From the human T2T-CHM13v2.0 reference genome, Homo sapiens: a stretch of 64,000 nt of DNA. Below the pieces are notes generated by a model. It was given only the letters and a program-made list of their open reading frames with translations, was not told the DNA's origin and searched no databases. The stretch is taken from assembly GCF_009914755.1 (NCBI RefSeq), contig NC_060930.1; one strand, given 5' to 3'. Each line of letters opens with the position of its first letter. Position 1 is the first letter of the stretch. Positions 56,115 to 64,000 of the stretch are shown in pieces. The position numbers and the translations under genes were made by a program.

Positions 56115-58943
56115 AGAGGAAAGTCGAGAGAAAAGGAGTAATCACGAGTGGCTCCTAGTTATCTCTAAACAACTGGGTGAATGGTGCTGTGGAATACTGG
56201 GATTAGGAAAACTTGGTAGTAGGGGAAGTGGAGGTGGAGGGAAGGGTTTTTGGGGCAAAAAACCCAAGAGTTCCATTGGAACACATAAAGTTTGAGAATA
56301 TTTTAGCTCTCCTATTCCTCTTTATTCTGGTGACACTTTGTTTACACTGTGATTTCAGAATTTGTCACATTCTGACTTAATTTGGTGCATACTTATTTGT
56401 CTCCCTAGCCAGACTAGAGGTTCCTGAAGGCAGAGACTGTAACATTTACTCCACATGCTAAATAGATGGCCTTAAACAAGGTGGTCACTTAAAATGATTT
56501 TAGAATGAATAAATGAAGCATTCTAGAAATTGTGAGGAATACAAATCAAAGAAGAGAGAAATGCTTACTTTTCTAGCAGTCTCCGTTACCTAGAACTCAC
56601 CTTGAAAAAGATCAATAAAAGTTACAACAGAACATAAACCCACTGCAGAGTCTAGCACTCTAGCATGTAAACCCACTTACATATATATAAAATCAACCCC
56701 TACTCTTAAGTCTCCTAGCATGAGCGCTAATGGGCTCATACTTACTAGCTCTGTGTAAATAGCTTTCTTTTATACTGTCCAAAGGCAAATATCGACAGAT
56801 GTGACTTGTATATTTCAGATAGGTTTTCAGTGAGATTTTTATTTTTAAACATTCTATTTACATGATTTGTTTTTGTAGTCATGTATTTCAGATTCTAATA
56901 GATTATTCGTACAATCAACACTTAATTATTTATCCACTTTACAAACTGATTTGAACACTGAATAGAATCACAGAATTTTTAAAGCAGAAACTCACCATAG
57001 CCAGAGCCCTCATTTATTTGGAGGGATGAGAAAACTCTGGCCTGAAGAAACTGCTCAAGATTCCATGTTTAGAAATAGAGTTAGGTCTGAAAACTAGCTC
57101 ACCTGGTTCCTAAGGCAGGATTTTTTTTCATAAACACTGGCTTCTTAATAAAAGAGATTAATTTGGCCATTTTGAGATGGACCACATATTATGCTTTTGA
57201 AATTTTTCTGTTCAGTGATATCTCAATGACATTTCTAAGAAAGATACGCCTTAAAATGAGGTTAGACATATTAGTAACCAAATGGCTTAATGGTCATGCT
57301 TCTGAGATAGTATGTGCAGGGATATAAATATCCCTCTTATGGCCTACATGGCCATGGAAACTGAAGCGAAATGGAGCCAATCCTATATATAATTGTGAAG
57401 TCTGAAAGGCTTGCCTTTATCATATCCCTCTTTCCCTTTAATTTGTCTCAGTGGTAATCCTTCTTCCCATTTCAAAGGCCTTCCTACCTATTCCCTCTGC
57501 TCTTTCCCTTTACAAAAAATGAAAAAAAAATTTGTATGTATTATCTATATCTTGTTGGCAGACAGACATAAGATACTGCTTAAATGAATTTTAAACAATA
57601 TATTAACTCAACCAGATATTTACCTTCTAAGCTCTTAATCCTGAATTGTGGAATGAAAAGTTTGTTCCCAGACAGCTGGTAGGGATAGAGTGGTGGAGAG
57701 AGGTTCCCTCCCTCCTAGTTATAAGAATGACAAGGTCTGAAGCCAAGCCAAGTATCTATTTAGGGCGAAAAGAATAATCTAAAGAAGTAGTACATGACGC
57801 AGCTCCACTGGAAATAACAATAGCCCACACTATTACTTTAGTTTCTGGCAGATATCTGGAACACTAGAAATTAAACATTTCTAAGGTTTGAGATAACTGT
57901 TATTAATTATTATAGTGACTTGAAATTAGATTTCAAAGTAGTTCAAAGTTAGCTTACACATATTCATCATGTTTACAATATAAATATGTTATATTCACAT
58001 AGCACCTTATGCTTATAGTGTTTTCATATGTGCAATCTCATTTAAACTTCAACAATATATAATATAAATATCATTTTCAGTTTTCAAATGAAGAGTCTAA
58101 GGTTTGCAGGTAATAAGGGTTATAAAAGGCACAGCCAGGGTTGAGCATAAGAGTTGTGAATCCAAGCATTTTCTCACTATAACATGTAACCTATACAGCA
58201 ATATTAAAATAACTTGTATATGTAAGTTCCAAATACTTTCAAGGTAAAAAAGTGGTATATATTGTCCTCAAATTTCTAAGTAAATTATGCTGATCTTCTC
58301 ATACGCAAATTTTCTTTTTCATATAATTTTTGTAAAAGATAATTGTTATTTTCAGCTTTCTTACCTTTCTAAAAGAATTCAGTAATAGAAAAAATACTGT
58401 CAAAAACATATAGCTAATGAACAGAAAAAGTCATCTTTCAATACCACAAAAACATTTCTCACTTAGATGTTTTTCCTTTGATATCCTTTAAAAACCTTAT
58501 TGAAACTCATTTAAAATATTTGCCAAAACAATTGTATAGTTCACTTCAGTGATTCAGTATAGTTATGTAACAAGCTTTTTTGCATATTTTGTTAATTTGC
58601 CCTTTAATGGGATGTGATATCACTACAGGTTACATCCTATTTCTGCCAAAATGTATTTTACCTTGGCTTTCCTTGAAATGAATTATAACATGGGATTATC
58701 CATCTATGATGGGTTCTTTATCTAATTGGGAAACTGAATCAGATTTAACATCATGCAGATTTAAAACTCACGTGTTTTGCTAGTTTTAAATTATTATCTG
58801 TTAATAGCACATAGGTTCAGTGTATCTACTGTTACCAATTCCAAACTTACTTTTGAAATAACCTTGGTGATTTTAAGGACAAAAGAGATGCTAGAATATA
58901 ATTTGTCAAGTGTAAAAACCGACCATTATGAGCTTTATTTCTA

Positions 58944-59159
<216 letters not shown>

Positions 59160-62100
59160 TCAGAAACTACAGTGTAATTTCCTGGATTACTAATGCAAAA
59201 ACTGGATGAGAAATATTTGCTTATTATACAAACCAGGACACATGATAGGTCAAAAGGAGTGGTAATGATGTACATGGTTAGTTTGTAAACTTTACAAAAG
59301 AGAATCATTTTCATCAAGAAAAAAATATAATAGTAATTAGAACATAGCTATATGAAAATAAATCAGCCTTACTGAAGTTTACCATGGACTTGACATTATT
59401 AATAACTTAGAGTGGTCTTAAGTTATGCAAAGTAATGCAAGAAATAAAAATGACTCCTTGACTGGTTCAATTAAGGAAGGGTAAAAATGTTTCATATTCA
59501 CATTTCCCTAGCATTTTAGTGAAATAGCAAGTACTTCCTTTTCAGAGATACACAGAAAACACCTGTACTACTCATGTTTATATACATCATGGTGACACAG
59601 ATAACACAGCTGTAACCTAGCTTGCCATGTGAAATAGTTTCCATTGCATCAAAACACCTTACTCAGGATACTGTTTAAAAATATCATTAAAATAAGAAGG
59701 AAAATTTCTGTAAGTAAATACAATGTTCTATAACATACAAAACCTAGTATGATTATCTGAGTGCACACTAGCCTCACAGAAATGAAATGCATAATAAACA
59801 CAACATTTTAACTATAGCTCTTGTAGGAAAATAAATAGTTCACTGAAAAAGCTTGAAATGTTTATAGGCAAATTCATCTTGTAAATCAGAATTCGTTTCA
59901 GAAAAAAAATCTATCTTTTTTTCATTATTAACAAATCAATCATTTAATCTTTTTCATTACTTTCAAAAAGCACAATAAAATGTGATCTATTTTGGAGAAA
60001 TTGACAGTCTGATTCCTAATTCACTTCAAAAATGTAATCTGTAAATAAACAAAATGATAATTTATGGCATATAAATATTACTATATTAAAACAGCCCCTT
60101 TCCCATTTTTTTTGTTAAATAATGAAAACCATACAGAGGACTTCTACTGTGCAAGCATTTAAAATTTTCCTTTTGATGTTCTGTATAAGACAATACTGGG
60201 CTCTTGTTACATGCCCTTTATCTGATTCATTATTTACATGTTTGTAAATTTTTTTTTCTATTTTTTGCTTTTAAACAGTGATAATAAACAGTATATCTTA
60301 GTTTAGGTTTTTCTCTTAGAGCAGAGTTAGCAAATTCAGTGAAAAAGTCAATTAAGACCATATGTTAATATGGTTTTAAAGTAACTAAACTATTATGTCA
60401 TCTCAATAAAAAATAAAAGTATTTTCCAAAGTAGTTGGGGGGGTCAAATACCACATCAGTCCTAAAATATCACCCAGCTTTAAAAATTCTATCAAAATCC
60501 ATTAAATACAGATCAAAACTGACCAGTTATAGTGATACAATACCTAAAACAACAAACTCATTTGATATCTTTGAGCTTCACTTTCCATCTTTAAATGGAG
60601 ATAAGAAAAATAATATCTATACTTCAATGCGAATGTGCCAGGAAAGCAATAATGATGAACGGGTATCATAAAGTGCTATTCATATGTTAACCATAAAGCA
60701 CTAATGAACATTAAATAAGAAATAGATTAAATAGAATATCTTGGCAAGGGCAAACCATAAAGTAGTATACAAATAAGGTGTTATATTAGTTATTATTAAC
60801 ATCACTAGAAGTAAGGGTAATTAGGTATTTATGATGTCATATGATGATGTAGCCAATTTTTCAGAGTTCTGTGCTTTCAAATGGAAAAGAACATATTTAT
60901 CACTTAACTATTTAATTCACTTCTTTTTGGAATCATTTCTCAGTTTTACTTCCTGAAAATTTTTATCTTAAAATCAAGTAATGCATTTAAAAATCTGGTG
61001 CAAACAAACAGGTGTATGCTGGAGAAATGAAGATATATCTATATACACACACATCTTTGCACACACACACACCTACATATATCCATATCTATAGATATAG
61101 ATATATCTATAGATACACACAATAGCCATTTATAGTCTTCTTCTTCAGAAATTTGTGTTAAAAACAAAAAATACCAGGAAAGTTAAAATAGGATACTTAA
61201 ATGCCTCTGTTCAAACAGAAAGACTTGTCATTCTTTTACAACAAAATTTTTTTTTAAAAAACCTGTAATCTATAATTATATGTTCTTCCTAAACATTTTT
61301 ATAATTCTGATCTTTCTTGACATAGTTTTTTACAGACTATTCAAATGTCCATAAAGTGATGAGAGCAGCAACGTAACAGAGCAGATAATTTCTAAAGTTT
61401 GGGGTAACTGTTAATTATTACTGTTATTATTAGATATTTGTTTTGAAATTAGAACTCAAATCATTTTCAAAGCAAGCTCGTACATATTTATTATTCCATT
61501 TAGAGGAAGAAAAATAATAATAACCATTAAATAGAGTGAAGCAATATCTATTTTTGAAATATGTGCTGCGGAAAAGAATTGCTTAATAATTTTACAACAA
61601 CAGAAAGGTTGGTTAAGATAGTCTACCCTACACCAATCTACCCTCTTTTCACAACACCCTTTTCTGTTTGCTTCATGCAAAAACCACAGTCTGCCAAAGT
61701 CAGTTTAATACCTCCATATTGGAGAAAACTAAAAGCATAAAAATTTAATGAAATTCATAATAAAGAAAAAAAATCATCTGGAACTTCTGCCAAGTTAATC
61801 ATAAAACTGTTTTGCCTACTCTTTTAGGGTATAAGCAGACAAGCAAAATATGCAAATACTAATTCTCTAGACGGGGGTTAATTTTCATGTTAAAAAACTT
61901 GCTGCTCTGAACATGAAATTGAATGCACAATATTAAGCAAGCTGACAATTAGTTTCTCTTTTAGTGATTAGTTAAAATTTAAAACCTTTGGGAGATATAT
62001 AGTACTCATTTCCATGTATACTTACAAGTCTACCCTTTTAGCTAATTTTAGATAACACGCTACATTCACCTGAAGAATTGTTTATGAAGTTTCAAGCTGT

Positions 62101-63145
62101 GATGATATCATATCTCAAGTTGGTTTTAAATTATAACCGAAAGAATGTTAATGCTGTCTGTATACTTAAAAGTTCACAAATTCATCTCTCTCCCAGACAG
62201 CTGTCATATTTTTCCACTAATATGAATAATAATGCAGATAATATTTTAATCTGATGGCAGTTCTGGTGGCATTAGAAAAAAAGAAACCAATAATACCCAG
62301 GATGTTTTTTTTTTTTTTTTTTTTGCAAATCATGTATCTGTTGTAAAAATTAAAATATCAGTATTAAAGAAAAAGTTAAACAGAAAACTTGAGCCAAAGT
62401 GAGGTTCAAGATATTTGAAGTCAGGTATCTTTTACATTCTCATAATATAAATTTTAAGAGTAGCTTATGCTCTTGTGATTTCTAGCTTAGTAAAGTCTAA
62501 GCAATGAGTAGTCTATGGTATTATAAAGAGCAATTCAAATATGACCCCTCAGTCCTCAGATGTTTTCTTTACAAGCCAGGACAGAGAAGTGAAGGATTTG
62601 GAAGAAAACACTGTAACTGTTAAAGAAAAATTTCTACAGCAATAAGATACCAGAAAAATCTTACCCCCAAACCAGTTCATTACTACTACATTAGCTAAAA
62701 CCAGTATTCAAATTTGAATCAGTCACTATAAAGTTTTTTGGTTATATTTAATCGTGATTTTTGACCCTCTGATAGGTACCAAGGACTGGTGGTTCACAGA
62801 TTACTGATATGACACTTTCATGTCAATTTCAAAATTAAGATCTAGTCCTGGCTCAAACCAATTATCCAGCAATATTCTTTAGGGTAAAGCAATTTACCTC
62901 AATGCATCTTGGTTTTCTCAAAACCTTTACCTCCTTTTCTCTCTTAGTTCACTGCCTTGCTTCACAGAGAAAATTTGGTCTTGAACCCCTGAACTTCTCA
63001 TTTCCAAACTTATGAAAGAATGGACCTCTCCCACCTATCCTTATGTCTTTACTTCTAGGGTTAGAGGAAGAGGAGCATTCTGTTCAAGATTCATCCCTCA
63101 GTCCCCTTAGGGTTATCCTTAAAGCTCTTCCAAATTCTACCTTCA

Positions 63146-63432
63146 GGCCAGGCCCAACGACTAATGCTTATAATCCCAGCAATTTGGGAGGCTGAGGCAG
63201 GAGGATCACTTGAGTCCAAGAGTTCAAGACCAGCCTGGGCAACACAGTGAGACCTCATCTCTACAAAAAAATAAAAAATTAGCTGGGCGTGGCAGTGCAC
63301 ACCTGTGGTCTCAGCTACCCAGGAGGCTGAGGCAGGAGAACTGCTTAAGTCCAGAAGGTCGAGGCTGCATTGAGCTGTGATGATGCTACTGCACTCAGCT
63401 TGGGTGACAGGGAAGACCCTGCTTCAAAACGA
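63146..63432 (+). mobile_element. AluJ
   Basis: Full Alu; TSD AAATTCTAC[C/T]TTC. Confidence 0.93.
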
Positions 63433-63499
63433 AAAATTCTACTTTCGAATTCCTACTGGCTATTTCCCTGCAGGTTAGAAGCATAGACCCTTCTATTTT

Positions 63500-64000
63500 A
63501 GTACAAAAACAAAGAGGAAACAAACCAACTAAAACTCTCCCTCTGATTCCGTTACTTCCTTAAGCTTCGTTAAAAGCTAAACTCCTTGAAAAACAGCACA
63601 CAACTGCAATCCATATATCTGAATCCTTCAGTCTTCAACCGGGTACAACAAAGCTTGTCTCCATGATAAAACTAAATTGGACTTATGGTAACCCTGGACT
63701 TCAAATGATCAAATTCAGCAGATTCACTTAGGCCTCTATCCTTCTATCTTTGTTTCTGGGGAGCCATCTTCTCTTGGTTATCCTGCTATGTCCAGCCATT
63801 CCTCATCAGTGCTATTTGTTAGATCCGCTGAGCTCCTCTTCTTCCTTCACGTCACATAATTACACTGGGCAGAAACATTTGTTTTCATCAATTCATCTGC
63901 CTTCTAATGCTGATGTTTCTTAAATCTAAAACACATCTCCTGATCATTAAGTTCAAAACTAAACTAACCTTTGCCCCACTGTTTACTTTCTTAGGGAAAG
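63500..64000 (+). mobile_element. L2 fragment
   Basis: Pyrimidine-rich L2 ORF2-like motifs. Confidence 0.5.

Noticed and set aside
61030-61118. TATCTATAGATA palindromes
   Set aside because: Expected from TA/GATA microsatellite slippage.

Overview
Hominid (most likely human) genomic DNA from the interior of AHI1 (Jouberin, Joubert syndrome gene), transcribed on the minus strand. Three exons are recognisable from my recollection of the protein: a 121-nt exon (59021-59141, [11 protein letters not shown]...FGFTQT), the 56-nt exon just before the SH3 domain (22392-22447, [19 protein letters not shown]), and the alternative terminal exon of the short SH3-less isoform (CDS 52225-52277, DSHFAEFNTCILWWKKH*, AATAAA at 52041-52046). 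The rest is repeat-rich intron: about 20 Alus, an old L1MB-type LINE, a nest of old L1M > near full-length L1PB > MADE1 and full-length SVA, an MLT2 LTR, Tigger/MER DNA transposons, MIR/L2/CR1 relics and microsatellites. Nearly all ORFs in the supplied track are repeat-derived. I see no evidence for a new gene system. The most interesting signals are (1) a TE-built switch around the short-isoform exon (MIR-derived stop, bracketed by inverted Alu stacks), (2) a two-segment microhomology-templated insertion inside an Alu copied from 2.7 kb away, (3) a 67-bp identical non-consensus patch shared by two AluYs flanking the 56-nt exon, (4) a sense SVA and several cryptic or poison exon candidates in the 36.6-kb intron, (5) a tailed MER41 fragment resembling a retrocopy, and (6) a 56-nt 5' extension inside the L1PB target-site duplication (TSD). 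Repeat names are recalled from consensus sequences, not from a RepeatMasker run.
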